DNA from: an uncultured Acidobacteriota bacterium
GTDB lineage: Bacteria; Acidobacteriota; Blastocatellia; RBC074
Length of the DNA: 64,000 bases
Assembly: GCA_963796275.1 (NCBI GenBank)
Contig: CAWCKY010000006.1
Location: 64,001 to 128,000, forward strand
Direction: 5' to 3'
A program made the translations under genes and the position numbers. The notes under the pieces are model-generated. The model searched no databases. It was not told the DNA's origin and worked only from the letters and a program-made list of their open reading frames with translations. Positions within the stretch are counted from its first letter, which is position 1. Each line of letters opens with the position of its first letter. This document shows positions 23,014 to 35,916 of this stretch, one piece after another.

Positions 23014-23592
23014 ATGAATGTTCTTGTCATACTGGCACAAGCGGGTAGTGAGGGGCAGATTCAACAGATTGCCAGAACCTTTGGCGTGGACTGGCCTCAT
23101 CTGATTGCACAGGTCATCAGTTTCTCCATCGTCTGCCTTCTCCTTTACAAGTTTGCCTACAAAAAAATTCTTCAGATTCTCGATGAACGCCGACAGGTGA
23201 TTGCCGAGAGTCTGGCCAACTCCGAGAAGATAAAAGTCGAGTTGGCGCGGACCGAAGTTCAGCGTCAGGAATTGATGGTGCAAGCCAATGTACAGGCAAA
23301 CCAGTTCATAGAAGAAGCTCGTCGCGCCGCCGCGCGCCTACAGGAGCAGGAAACTCGGAAGGCCATGGCCGCCGCCGAAGCGATCATAGTCAACGCGCGT
23401 GAGTCCGCCGCGCAGGATCACAACCGGATGCTTGCCGAACTCAAACAGGAGGTCGGCCGATTGGTGGTGCAGACGACTTCAGTAGTCACCGGTAAGATTC
23501 TGACATCGGAAGATCAACGGCGCCTGGCTGAAGAGACTACCATGCAATTGAAGGACGGAATGAATATACAAGCTCGAGGAGGACCAGGGTGA
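23014..23592 (+). CDS. atpF: Fo subunit b
   Basis: N-terminal TM, ILDERR, coiled coil; operon position. Confidence 0.92.
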   Translation: MNVLVILAQAGSEGQIQQIARTFGVDWPHLIAQVISFSIVCLLLYKFAYKKILQILDERRQVIAESLANSEKIKVELARTEVQRQELMVQANVQANQFIEEARRAAARLQEQETRKAMAAAEAIIVNARESAAQDHNRMLAELKQEVGRLVVQTTSVVTGKILTSEDQRRLAEETTMQLKDGMNIQARGGPG

Positions 23593-23981
23593 AAACGACC
23601 AAACAGGCCGCTCGCGAAGCCAGGCAATTGTTTCGGCTCTGCCTCGTCAATGGCTCTCTGGATGAGGGGCGCGTTCAAAAAGTGGTGCAAGGAGTCCTGC
23701 AATCCAAACACCGTGGCGGCTATCTGCTCCTGTCACGCTTATTGCGGTTGGTGAAGATCGATCGCTCCCGTCACACGGCCGAAGTCGAGAGCGCCACGTC
23801 ATTGCCCCCTGACTTGCAAGCCAGCGTTCGGGCCGGACTGGCGCGAGTCTACGGCCCGGGAATCAGCATCTCATTCGCGCAGAGCCCTGCGCTGATCGGG
23901 GGCATGCGCATCAAGGTGGGCAGTGATGTGTACGATGGCAGCGTCAAAGCAGGCTTGGACGCATTGGAGAAGAGTTTTTGA
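23589..23981 (+). CDS. atpH: F1 subunit delta (short, 130 aa)
   Basis: PALIGGMRIKVGSDVYDGSVK. Confidence 0.9.
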   Translation: MKTTKQAAREARQLFRLCLVNGSLDEGRVQKVVQGVLQSKHRGGYLLLSRLLRLVKIDRSRHTAEVESATSLPPDLQASVRAGLARVYGPGISISFAQSPALIGGMRIKVGSDVYDGSVKAGLDALEKSF

Positions 23982-24067
23982 ATCGCTACAGCGAAACGAG
24001 TCGCAGACGTAGCCGGGTAAGGATGCGATTCTTGGGATAGCGATTGGTTGATTGAGGGGAAAAACAG

Positions 24068-25600
24068 ATGGCCAATCTATTACTGGAACTTGAAGCTCAA
24101 ATTGCTGGAGCAAAGGCATCCGCAGCCAGGCAAAATGTGGGTGTCATACGTGAGATCGGCGACGGCGTCGCCCGCATTGAGGGCCTCGACGATGCGATGC
24201 TCAATGAGATGATCGACCTCGGTAACAACATCACCGGCCTCGCGCTGAACCTCGATGAGACCGAAGTCGGAGTGGTCATTCTCGGCGATTACACACGGCT
24301 CGAGGAAGGTGACGAGGTTCGCACCACGGGCAAACTACTGCAGGTTCCCGTCGGCAAAGGTCTGCTCGGACGCGTCGTGAACACGCTGGGTGAGCCCTTA
24401 GATGGCAAGGGGCCGATCAGGAGTGACGAGGCATATCCGGTCGAAAAACTTGCTCCCGGCATCATCAAGCGCAGTCCGGTTAGACAGCCGGTGCAAACGG
24501 GAATCATGGCCATTGACGCCATGATTCCGATTGGCCGCGGCCAGCGTGAATTGATCATCGGCGACCGTTCGACGGGCAAGACGGCCATCTGTATAGACAC
24601 CATCATTAACCAGGCTCGTCTCAACCAGGCGGCTGAAGCGGCCGGTGACAAGGACTATCGCCCGCTCTATAGCATCTACGTCGCGATCGGCCAGAAACAA
24701 TCCACCATCGCCCGGATCATCACTGTGCTCGAAGAAGCGGAGGCGATGCCCTATACCATCATCGTTGCGTCTCCCGCATCCGACTCGGCCACCAGCCAGT
24801 ATCTGGCGCCATTCGCCGGGGCGGCTATGGGCGAATGGTTCATGGACAATGGCATGGACGCTCTGATTATTTTTGACGATTTGTCCAAACATGCCGTCGC
24901 TTATCGCCAGGTCTGCCTGGTATTGAAACGGCCGTCTGGCCGTGAAGCTTACCCGGGCGACGTATTTTATCTGCACAGTAGATTGCTCGAACGGGCGGCG
25001 CGGGTTGGAGAAAAGTACGGCAACGGCTCTCTCACTGCGCTTCCCATTATTGAGACGCAAGCGGGCGATGTTTCGGCCTATATCCCCACGAACGTCATCT
25101 CGATCACTGACGGACAGATATATTTGGAGACCGATTTGTTCTACCAGGGCGTCCGCCCCGCCATTTCGGTGGGCCTGTCAGTTTCCCGTGTGGGGTCAGC
25201 GGCGCAGTTGAAAGCGATGAAACAGGTTGCCGGGCAACTCAAGGGAGAGCTCGCCCAATTTCGGGAACTGGCTGCGTTCGCGCAATTCGGCTCGGACCTG
25301 GATGCCAAGACGCAAGCGCAGATCGACCGCGGCAAGCGGATTATGGAGATCTTCAAGCAGCCACAATACCGGCCGATTCCGGTCGAGGTCCAGGTGGCCG
25401 TGCTCTGGGTTGTCCAGAATGGATATATGGACGAGGTGCCGGTGGCACGGGTCAAAGATTACCAGACCAAACTGACGGAGTTCCTGACCATGTACAAGGC
25501 CGAATTGCTCCAAAAGATCGTGTCCGAAAAAACGATCAGCGACGAGTTGAAGGCCGAGTTGAAGGATGCGGCCGACACCTTCAAACAAACCTGGAGGTAA
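24068..25600 (+). CDS. atpA: F1 subunit alpha
   Basis: [27 protein letters not shown]. Confidence 0.98.
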   Translation: MANLLLELEAQIAGAKASAARQNVGVIREIGDGVARIEGLDDAMLNEMIDLGNNITGLALNLDETEVGVVILGDYTRLEEGDEVRTTGKLLQVPVGKGLLGRVVNTLGEPLDGKGPIRSDEAYPVEKLAPGIIKRSPVRQPVQTGIMAIDAMIPIGRGQRELIIGDRSTGKTAICIDTIINQARLNQAAEAAGDKDYRPLYSIYVAIGQKQSTIARIITVLEEAEAMPYTIIVASPASDSATSQYLAPFAGAAMGEWFMDNGMDALIIFDDLSKHAVAYRQVCLVLKRPSGREAYPGDVFYLHSRLLERAARVGEKYGNGSLTALPIIETQAGDVSAYIPTNVISITDGQIYLETDLFYQGVRPAISVGLSVSRVGSAAQLKAMKQVAGQLKGELAQFRELAAFAQFGSDLDAKTQAQIDRGKRIMEIFKQPQYRPIPVEVQVAVLWVVQNGYMDEVPVARVKDYQTKLTEFLTMYKAELLQKIVSEKTISDELKAELKDAADTFKQTWR

Positions 25601-25606
25601 AGACTT

Positions 25607-26473
25607 ATGCCCAGTACACGTGATATCCGGCGACGAATCCTATCAGCCTCCGGCACGGCGCAGATCACTAAAGCGATGCAGATGGTGGCGGCATCGAAGA
25701 TGCGTAAGGCTCAAGCGGCCGCTCTCGCCGGACGTCCTTTTACGCACCTCTTGTACCATTTCCAGCGATCAGCGACGACCCGGATGGAAGAGTTCAAACA
25801 TCCGCTGCTCGCAGTGCGCAATATCCGTAAGCGCGCGGTTATCCTGATCGGCGCAGATAAGGGGTTATGCGGGGCGCTCAACGGCAACCTGTTTCGTTTG
25901 GCCGCCCAATTCGATCCCGAGTCCACTGTTTTCATCACCGCTGGAAAGAAAGCATCGCAATATGTAGTTGGCACCGGACGGCAGCTCATCGCTGAGTTTC
26001 CTTACTCCGATACGCCGCGATTCCCGGAAGCCAGGGCGATCGCCGCTTTTGCGCGCGACCTCTTTTTGAAAAAGGAGGTAGACGAGGTCCGGGTTGTGGC
26101 CACTAATTTTGTCAACACACTCACCCAGTACCCGGTATCCCTGGAATTTCTACCGGTGGGCGAAATCAAGGGGATGAAAATCCCCGGCGCGGATTTCGAG
26201 GACGCAAGTGCGGCCGACACCAGAGAATACAAGTTTGAGCCCAGCCCGGAGTATATCCTGGGCTATCTGCTCTCGCATTACCTGAATATCTACATCTATC
26301 AGGTCATGCTCAATGCCAAGGCCAGTGAGCAAAGCGCCCGGATGGTGTCGATGAAGAACGCAACGGATAATGCCGAAAGCCTGATCGAGGACTTGACCCT
26401 CGAATACAACAAGCTGCGTCAGGGCAATATCACGAGGGAGTTGCTGGAGATCGCGGGAGGCCAGGCCGGTTGA
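25607..26473 (+). CDS. atpG: F1 subunit gamma
   Basis: ITKAMQMVAASK, DKGLCG, YNKLRQGNITRELLEI. Confidence 0.97.
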   Translation: MPSTRDIRRRILSASGTAQITKAMQMVAASKMRKAQAAALAGRPFTHLLYHFQRSATTRMEEFKHPLLAVRNIRKRAVILIGADKGLCGALNGNLFRLAAQFDPESTVFITAGKKASQYVVGTGRQLIAEFPYSDTPRFPEARAIAAFARDLFLKKEVDEVRVVATNFVNTLTQYPVSLEFLPVGEIKGMKIPGADFEDASAADTREYKFEPSPEYILGYLLSHYLNIYIYQVMLNAKASEQSARMVSMKNATDNAESLIEDLTLEYNKLRQGNITRELLEIAGGQAG

Positions 26474-26498
26474 TATAAGGCAACTATGGCTAAAACAG

Positions 26499-28062
<1,564 letters not shown>

Positions 28063-28114
28063 GGGAAATGGGATGGCAGCGCGACCGATAAAAGCGATAG
28101 AGAGGACTAGATAC

Positions 28115-28525
28115 ATGGCCAAGACGTTAAAGTTGCAAATCATCACGCCGGACGCTACCGTTTACGATGACGACGTGGAGGTAGTTATGCTGCCGAGCGT
28201 CGGGGGCCAGATAGGTATTCTGCCTCACCACGTCCGACTGATGACCGTAATGGTACGGGGCGAAATGATCGTGCGCAAAGACGGCCGCGCTCATTTTCTG
28301 GCCGTAGGCGAGGGGCTTGTGGATGTGACCGGCGATCGCGTATCGATCCTGACGGATATGGCCGTGGCGGTCGAAAACATTGATGAGGCCAGGGCCGAAG
28401 AAGCGCGCCAACGGGCTGCGGCCCAGCTCCGCGATAAGCTTTCGGCCGAAGAAGTGGCCTCCGTAAATGCGGCTTTAGCTCGGTCGCTCACACAGTTGCA
28501 CGTTAAGCGACGCCGGCGGGTATGA
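28115..28525 (+). CDS. atpC: F1 subunit epsilon
   Basis: LQIITPD, GQIGILPHH, C-terminal helical hairpin. Confidence 0.95.
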   Translation: MAKTLKLQIITPDATVYDDDVEVVMLPSVGGQIGILPHHVRLMTVMVRGEMIVRKDGRAHFLAVGEGLVDVTGDRVSILTDMAVAVENIDEARAEEARQRAAAQLRDKLSAEEVASVNAALARSLTQLHVKRRRRV

Positions 28526-28781
28526 TGGCCGGGATCGCCTATCCCCTGATGCGGCAAGTGGCGGCAAAGTCAGGCGTATTCGAGTTAGTATTGAGCGGTC
28601 CGGTGTCTTTGCCCGCGCGCAGAGATTCTCCTATCAGCCAACCTTCAAGAAAGAGAAGCCACGCCATTTGGCTTTCTGTTTCGATGATAGCTGCCCTTTC
28701 GCTAAACTTCATATTTAATGGGTTCTGCTGACATTTACGCGCCGATTCAAGATACTCTCGCGTATCAGAATAATGCCGAAG

Positions 28782-28907
28782 GTCTCCAATATTTGAGGGG
28801 GACTCCAATATTCCGTAGCATTCATTTTCCGGTCGTTCCGACTCGCCTCACAAGTATAGAGATTTAAATCACTTCCTTAGGGCTTGTTGTTTGGACTGAA
28901 GCTTGCA
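28782..28907 (+). promoter_or_regulatory. Sigma54 promoter P4 plus tandem activator sites (RND-ppk2-PP2C)
   Basis: GTCTCCAATATTTGAGGGGGACTCCAATATTCCGTAGCAT; TTGGACTGAAGCTTGCA at 28891-28907. Confidence 0.82.
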
Positions 28908-29116
28908 ACTTCTGGTTGCGGAGCAAGTCTGCATCTTGATCTGACCAGTTCCGGCAAACCGTTTTGAAAGAATCGCCAAAATGCGAACTGATCGTCGAAC
29001 AATCCGGACCTGAGCGCCATACCTTGGGGAACCCGGTTAGCATAATTTGAAGACGTTTAAAACTCCGGAGTCTGCCGGAGCCTGGTTGATACGTTAAGGA
29101 GGCTGAAGGAGGCAGA

Positions 29117-30436
29117 ATGATACGAACTAAAGTATCAGTACAAAGCTCGATGAGTTTGCTTATTCTCGCCGTCTCGCTCGTCGGCTGTAGCAAAACCAAT
29201 AAAGCGGAGCAGGGAACTGCTCCAGCGGTCGAAGTCTCAGTGATCGAAGTCCAGCCGGAGACCGTGCCGATCTACACCGACTTCGTCAGCGAAACCTACG
29301 CTCGCGATGAAGTTCAGGTGCGCGGGCGTGTGGACGGTTACATCGAGAAACGGCTTTTCACACCCGGTTCATATGTTAAGGCCGGCCAGATTCTCTATAT
29401 CCTCGACCTGCGTCCATATCAGGCCGATGTGGCGAAGGCCAAAGGTGATCTGTCGGAGACCCAGGCGAACCTGACTTTCGCCAGAGAACAGGTCGAATTG
29501 ATCGAGGCCGAGGCGCAACTGGCGCAGGCAGAAGCCGAGCTGATCAAAGCGAAGAATGACGTGTCTCGTCTGACTCCACTGGTTAAGGAGGAGGCCGCGC
29601 CCAAGCAAGATCTTGAGAATGCCATCCAGACGCAAGCGGCGGCACAGGCCAACTACAACGCCAAAAAAGCCAATGTCGACCAGAAACGCCTCACCACGCG
29701 CGTTCGGGTTGATGCAGCCCAGGCGCAGGTGGATGCGAGCAAGGCCACCATGGATCAAGCCGAATTGAACCTCGGTTATGCAACGATCCGCGCCCAGATC
29801 GGCGGGCGCGTAGGCGATTCAGAGATCGAGGTAGGGGGCCTGGTGACGAAAAACTCCCCACAGCCACTAACGACGATCGTGCCGCTCGATCCGATCTGGG
29901 TCAGGTTCCAGGTCAGCGAAAGCGAGTACCTCAAATTTCGCGGGGAGGTTGCACGAGGGGCCCGGGCGAGAAATTACTTCGCTTCCATCCCAATCCAGTT
30001 GATCACCGCCAATGGGGAGATTCATCCCCAAAAGGGGAAGATCCAGAATACGCTCAACCGCGTTGACCCGAAGACCGGCTCGCTCGAGGTGCAAGCTACT
30101 TTCCCCAATCCGACAAGAGATATCCTCCCCGGCCAGTTCGGGCGAGTGCAGATTCAGACCGAGGAGCGGCAGGATGTGATGCTGGTGCCGCAGCGCGCAA
30201 TCCAGCAGCTGCAAAACATGCGGACGGTGTTTGCGGTCGACAGTGACAACAAGGTAGTAGCGCACACCGTCGCGACCGCCGAACGCGTCGGTGATCGTTG
30301 GATCATCCAGCAGGGCTTGAAGCCGGGCGATCGCATAATTGTCGAGGGGATGCAGAAAGTCCGCCCCGGCAGCACAGTCAAGCCTAAGCCCTATCAACAA
30401 GTAGCGGAAGCGGCGAGCAAAGAAGGGAGCAAGTGA
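29117..30436 (+). CDS. RND efflux periplasmic adaptor (MFP), lipoprotein
   Basis: LVGC lipobox, VRGRVDGYI, long hairpin, ILPGQFGRV, VPQRAI. Confidence 0.93.
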   Translation: MIRTKVSVQSSMSLLILAVSLVGCSKTNKAEQGTAPAVEVSVIEVQPETVPIYTDFVSETYARDEVQVRGRVDGYIEKRLFTPGSYVKAGQILYILDLRPYQADVAKAKGDLSETQANLTFAREQVELIEAEAQLAQAEAELIKAKNDVSRLTPLVKEEAAPKQDLENAIQTQAAAQANYNAKKANVDQKRLTTRVRVDAAQAQVDASKATMDQAELNLGYATIRAQIGGRVGDSEIEVGGLVTKNSPQPLTTIVPLDPIWVRFQVSESEYLKFRGEVARGARARNYFASIPIQLITANGEIHPQKGKIQNTLNRVDPKTGSLEVQATFPNPTRDILPGQFGRVQIQTEERQDVMLVPQRAIQQLQNMRTVFAVDSDNKVVAHTVATAERVGDRWIIQQGLKPGDRIIVEGMQKVRPGSTVKPKPYQQVAEAASKEGSK

Positions 30437-30439
30437 GTA

Positions 30440-33400
30440 ATGGCTAAACTCTTCATCAACCGCCCGGTCCTGGCGATGGTCATGGCCATCGTGATCACGC
30501 TCCTGGGCGCAATTTCCTACTTCATACTTCCGCGCGGTCAATATCCCGAGATCGTTCCGCCGCAGGTCAAGGTCAGCTGCACATTCCGCGGGGCCAGCGC
30601 GGAGGATGTAGAGAAGACCGTAGCGCAGCCGATCGAGCAGCAGTTGATAGGCCTCGACGGCCTTCTCTATTTCAGTTCCAACAGCGCCAACGACGGTTCA
30701 TACACGATGTATGTTACATATGAGCTGGGCACCGACATCGACATGGCCACAGTCAAGACGCAGAACAAGGTCAATATCGCACTGCCGCTGCTGCCCGAGG
30801 AGGTCAAGCGCGAGGGCGTGACCGTGCAAAAGGTCTCCTCGGCGATCCTGCTCGCCGTCGGGCTCTACTCGCCTGATGGACGCTATGACGACCTCTTCCT
30901 GGGTAACTATGTGACGATCAATTTTCTGCAGCGGATCGGAACCCTGCCCGGCGTGGGGGACGCGCGTCTCGGCTCGGTGCGCGACTATGGGATGCGCGTG
31001 TGGGTCAACCCGGATAAGCTGACGAAGCTCGGCCTGACGGCGACCGACGTCAAGAACGCCATCAGCGAACAGAACCGGCAGAACCCTGCCGGCCAAATCG
31101 GCCAGCCGCCGATCCCACAGGGGACTGATTTTCAATATCCGGTAAACGCAGGCGGACGTTTGCTGGAAGCTGACGAGTTCTCCAACATCATTCTACGCGC
31201 CAAAGCAGACGGCTCGATCTTGCGCATCAAGGATATCGGTCAGGTCGAGCTTGGAGCGGTTGACTACCGGACCTTCAGCCGGATCAACGGCAAGCCCGGG
31301 GCGCTGATCCTGATCTATCTCGCGCCGGGCGCGAATGCGATTGCGACGCGTGATGCCGTGGTCAATCTCATGGAGGAGCAGAAGAAGAACTTCCCGGCCG
31401 GGATCGAGTACGCGATCTCATACGACACGACCGACTTTGTGCGAGCCTCGCTCGAGGATGTGGTCCACACCTTCTTCGAAGCCCTTATCCTGGTGATCAT
31501 CGTCGTCTTCGTCTTCCTCCAGAACTGGCGGGCGACGCTCATACCGCTGTTGACGGTTCCAGTCTCAATAATCGGAACCTTTGCCCTCTTTCCGGCGCTC
31601 GGTTTCACGGTCAATACCATCAGTATGTTCGGCCTGGTGCTTGCCATCGGAATTGTGGTTGACGACGCGATAGTCGTGGTCGAGGCCGTGCAGCACCACA
31701 TTGACCACGGCATGAGTCCGAAGGAGGCGACCTTCAAGGCCATGGAGGAGGTCTCGGGGCCGGTGGTCGCGATCGCTTTCATCCTCGCGGCGGTCTTCAT
31801 GCCGGTCGCCTTCATGGGCGGTATTTCAGGACCGATCTACCGGCAGTTTGCACTGACGATAGCGGTCTCGGTGCTGCTCTCGGCTTTCAGCGCGCTCACG
31901 CTCAGCCCGGCGCTCAGCGCGCTCCTGCTCAAGCCGGCGGGTGGGAGTCGCGGTCCGCTGGCCAAATTTTACAATGGTTTCAACCGCGTCTTCGGCTGGA
32001 CGACCGATCGCTACATGATCGGGGGCGCGCTTACTGATTCGGCGGTTCGTGCTCGCGGCCATTATTCTCCTCGTCTTCTTCATCGGGACCTACGGGCTTT
32101 TCAAAATAACGCCTGGCGGGTTCCTGCCGTTTGAGGACCAGGGCGCGTTCTTCGTTATGGTGCGGCTGCCGGACGGCGCTTCGCTCGAGCGCAATGATGC
32201 GGTGCTCAAGCGGGCGGAGGAGATACTCCTCAATACGAAGGGCATCAAGTTCGTCAATACCCTCGGCGGTTACGACCTGATCAACCAGATCAACAACATG
32301 AATATCTCCTCTTTTATCGTGGCCCTTGAGCCCTGGGAGGAGCGACATGCACCCGATCTGCAAATCGAGAGCATCGTTGAGAAAGTGCAACGGCAGTTCA
32401 ACGGGATCGAGAGCGGGATGGTGTTGGCCGTCAATATGCCGCCAATTCTGGGGCTCGGCAACGGCGGCGGGTTTGAGCTTTGCGTCGAGGATAGGGCCGG
32501 GAGGGATATCGACGATCTTTACAATGTGACGCAGGAGCTGATCGTCACTGCATCGCAGCGGCCGGAGTTAACGCGCCTGTACACGCCCCTGCGGGTCACG
32601 GTCCCCCAGATCAGAGTTGAACTCGACCAGGACAAGGCGAAGACGCGTGGCATACCGGTGACCAACGTCTACGATACGCTGCAGACCTTCCTCGGCGGTC
32701 TATATGTCAATGACTTCAACGCCTTTGGCCGGACATGGAAGGTCATGATGCAGTCCGCGCCCGAATTCCGGCGAACCCCGGATGATATCAAGAATTTTTA
32801 CGTCCGCGCGGGGGACGAAACGATGGTGCCGCTCTCGACGCTGGTCACCGAGGGGACACGAAGCGGGCCGGAGGTCGTCTTCCGATATAACAGCTTCCGC
32901 GCGGCGAAGATCAGCGGCGATGTCAAACCGGGCTACAGCTCGGGGCAGGGGAACGCCGCAATGGAGGAGACGGCGGCCAAGGTGCTCCCCTCAGGCTTCG
33001 GCTACGAGTGGACCGGAACGGTCTTCCAGCAGAAGAAGTCGGAAGGCAAGGAGCCCTTCATTTTCGGGCTGGCCGGTCTGCTCGTGCTGCTCTTCCTGGC
33101 CGCGTTGTACGAGAGCTGGTCGATCCCCTTTGCCGTGCTACTCTCGGTACCGATCGGCATCTTCGGCGCCATGCTCGGGCTATGGTCGACTGGCCTGAAT
33201 TACGACATCTATGCACAGATCGGGATTATCACCCTCATCGGGTTGGCGGCGAAGAACGCGATCCTGATCGTGGAGTTCGCCAAGATGCGCCGGGAAGAAG
33301 GGCGCGGAGTGGTTGAGGCGGCGACCGATGCGGCGCAATTGCGGTTGCGGCCGATCCTCATGACCTCGTTCGCCTTCATCCTAGGGTGTATCCCATTGAT

Positions 33401-33617
33401 CATAGCATCGGGGGCGGGCGCCGGCGCGCGCACCGCGCTCGGCACTGGAGTCGTCTGGGGCATGACGATCGCGACCTGCGTCGGGGTATTTATCGTGCCG
33501 ACGCTCTATGTGTTCATACAGGGAACGACCGAACGCTTCTCCCGCAAAGCCCAAAAGACAGCCGAGGCGACGACCCGGAAGGCTTCGGTTGAGGGCCCTT
33601 CTCACGTCGGAGATTGA
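30440..33617 (+). CDS. HAE1-family RND permease, split by a +1 frameshift in the G5 run at 32021-32025
   Basis: FINRPV, GIVVDDAIVVVE, GLAAKNAILIVEFA, RLRPILMTSFAF; removing one G fuses the two ORFs. Confidence 0.9.
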
Positions 33618-33620
33618 AAT

Positions 33621-35030
33621 ATGAAAATATGGACAATCGTGTGTTTGACCATCGCCCTGCTGCTTGCGGGCTGCAAGATAGGGCCAAACTACAAACGGCC
33701 GCAGGCGCCTATGCCGGCCGAATACCGCGCAGCCGTCCTGGATCCGAACCGACCGCTTGCGGCGAGCCTGGCCGATACCAAATGGTTCGACCTGTTTCAG
33801 GATGATCAGCTCAAGGCTCTGATCCAGACGGCTCTCGAGCAGAACTACGACCTGCGGATCGCCTCTGCGCGCGTGCTTCAGGCGCGGGCGCTCTACGGTA
33901 TTACGCGCTCCGATCTCTTTCCGACGGTCAACGCGGATGTCGGCGCCATCTCGTTTCGGCCTTCGGAGAGCGCCCGGTTCGCTTTTCCGGACCCCTTCAC
34001 CGCCGGAACCAGCAATTACACCAGCCTCGGCCTGAGCCTGGGCTGGGAAATTGACGTGTGGGGTCGCATTCGGCGGTTGACCGAAGCGGCCCGGGCTGAG
34101 TACCTCGCTCAGGAAAATGTGCAGCGCGGCGTCATCACGACTCTGGTGGCCGATGTCGCGAGCGCCTATTTCGATTTGCGTGAACTTGATCTCGAGCTGG
34201 AGATTGCGCGCAGCACGCTCGCGACTCGTGAGAAGGGGTTGCGGTTGACGACGGCGCGACGCGACTATGGGGTAGATAGCTCCCTCGCAGTGCGCCAGTC
34301 CGAAGACCTGTTGTACTCGGCAACGTCCCAGATCGCGCGGATCGAGCGGCAGATCGAGCAGAAGGAGAATCAGATCAGCCTGCTGGTGGCTCGGAATCCA
34401 GGAGAGATTGTGCGCGGAAAGCCGCTGAATGATCAATACATCCCTCCGGCAATTCCCGCCGGATTGCCCTCGTCGTTGTTGGAGCGGCGGCCGGACATCA
34501 GGGAGGCGGAGCAGAGTCTGATCGCCGCCAATGCGCGCATCGGGGTGGCGAAGGCTGCCTACTTCCCGCGCATCACGCTGACCGGATTTCTGGGCACAGA
34601 GAGTCAAGACCTCGGCAATCTATTCACGGGACCGACGCGCGCCTGGGATTTCATCGCGAATGCATCGACGCCGATCTTCAACGCCGGAAGGATCAAATCC
34701 GGAGTCAAGTTCTCCGAGGCCGCCCGGCAAGAGGCACTGGTGCGCTACGAGCAGTCGATCCAGACAGCCTTCCGTGAAATCTCGGACGCCTTGATCGGTT
34801 ACACCAAGACGCGCGAGGAGCGCACGCAGCAGGAGCTGGTGGTCAGGGCGCGCGCGGAGGGCAGACGTCTCTCCGAACTCCGCTGGATTGGCGGACTAGA
34901 CAGTTACCTCCAGGTACTGGATGCAGATCGAACTCTCTTCGAGGGACAGTTGCAGTTGGCACAGTTACGGCGCAACGAACTGCTGGCCGTCGTCGAGGTG
35001 TATCGCGCCTTGGGCGGGGGTTGGCAATAG
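33621..35030 (+). CDS. Outer-membrane efflux factor (NodT/OprM family)
   Basis: LLAGC lipobox, WEIDVWG, ERRPDIREAE, YRALGGGW. Confidence 0.94.
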   Translation: MKIWTIVCLTIALLLAGCKIGPNYKRPQAPMPAEYRAAVLDPNRPLAASLADTKWFDLFQDDQLKALIQTALEQNYDLRIASARVLQARALYGITRSDLFPTVNADVGAISFRPSESARFAFPDPFTAGTSNYTSLGLSLGWEIDVWGRIRRLTEAARAEYLAQENVQRGVITTLVADVASAYFDLRELDLELEIARSTLATREKGLRLTTARRDYGVDSSLAVRQSEDLLYSATSQIARIERQIEQKENQISLLVARNPGEIVRGKPLNDQYIPPAIPAGLPSSLLERRPDIREAEQSLIAANARIGVAKAAYFPRITLTGFLGTESQDLGNLFTGPTRAWDFIANASTPIFNAGRIKSGVKFSEAARQEALVRYEQSIQTAFREISDALIGYTKTREERTQQELVVRARAEGRRLSELRWIGGLDSYLQVLDADRTLFEGQLQLAQLRRNELLAVVEVYRALGGGWQ

Positions 35031-35042
35031 TCAATTCAAAGG

Positions 35043-35867
35043 ATGGAAGCCATGGGAAAAAAGAATAGCAATAACAATAACGACAAACCTGAGTTCAGTC
35101 GCAAGGAATACGAAAAGGAATTGGAGCGGCTACAGGTGGAACTCTGCAAACTACAGGAGTGGGTGAAGCACAAGGGACTGCGGGTAATCATCGTGTTTGA
35201 AGGGCGCGACGCAGCCGGCAAGGGAGGAACCATCAAGGCGATTATGGAGCGCGTCAGTCCACGCATCTTCCGTCTCGCGGCCCTGCCCGCCCCTTCAGAC
35301 CGTGAGAAAAGCCAGATGTATATGCAGCGTTACATCCAGCATTTTCCCGCGTCCGGAGAGATCGTCATCTTCGACCGCAGCTGGTACAACCGCTCCGGGG
35401 TTGAATATGTCATGGGCTTTTGTACCGCTGAGCAGCATGATCGTTTCCTCAAACTCTGTCCGGAAATCGAGGAATACATCGTGAACGGCGGGATCATTCT
35501 GATCAAGTTCTGGCTCGAAGTCAGCAATGAAGAGCAGAAGCGTCGCTTCGAGGCGCGTATCGATGACCCGCTCCGACAATGGAAATTGAGCCCGATGGAT
35601 ATGCCGTCCCGCGAGAAATGGTATAAGTACTCGCGCGCTCGCGATATGATGCTCGAGGCCACAGACACCGAATTCGCGCCGTGGTACATCGTACCCTCCG
35701 ATGACAAGCGGCGCGCGCGCCTGAACTGCATCTCGCATTTGATTAGTCTGATCCCCTACAAAGAGGTTACCCGGCCTAAGGTCAAACTCCCAATGCGGTC
35801 AGAAAAGGGGGCATACGACGACCAGGCCGCTCTCAATGGAAGACAATTTATCCCGGAAAAATATTGA
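35043..35867 (+). CDS. ppk2: Polyphosphate kinase 2 (class I-like)
   Basis: FEGRDAAGKGG, FDRSWYNR, RQWKLSPMD. Confidence 0.95.
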   Translation: MEAMGKKNSNNNNDKPEFSRKEYEKELERLQVELCKLQEWVKHKGLRVIIVFEGRDAAGKGGTIKAIMERVSPRIFRLAALPAPSDREKSQMYMQRYIQHFPASGEIVIFDRSWYNRSGVEYVMGFCTAEQHDRFLKLCPEIEEYIVNGGIILIKFWLEVSNEEQKRRFEARIDDPLRQWKLSPMDMPSREKWYKYSRARDMMLEATDTEFAPWYIVPSDDKRRARLNCISHLISLIPYKEVTRPKVKLPMRSEKGAYDDQAALNGRQFIPEKY

Positions 35868-35916
35868 CAGGCGCATCTCGGATCGATCCAGACGGGGGAA
35901 CGGCGGCTGAAACTGT

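Noticed and set aside
32015-32050. Programmed ribosomal frameshift in the RND gene
   Set aside because: No X XXY YYZ slippery site; a plain G-run indel explains it.
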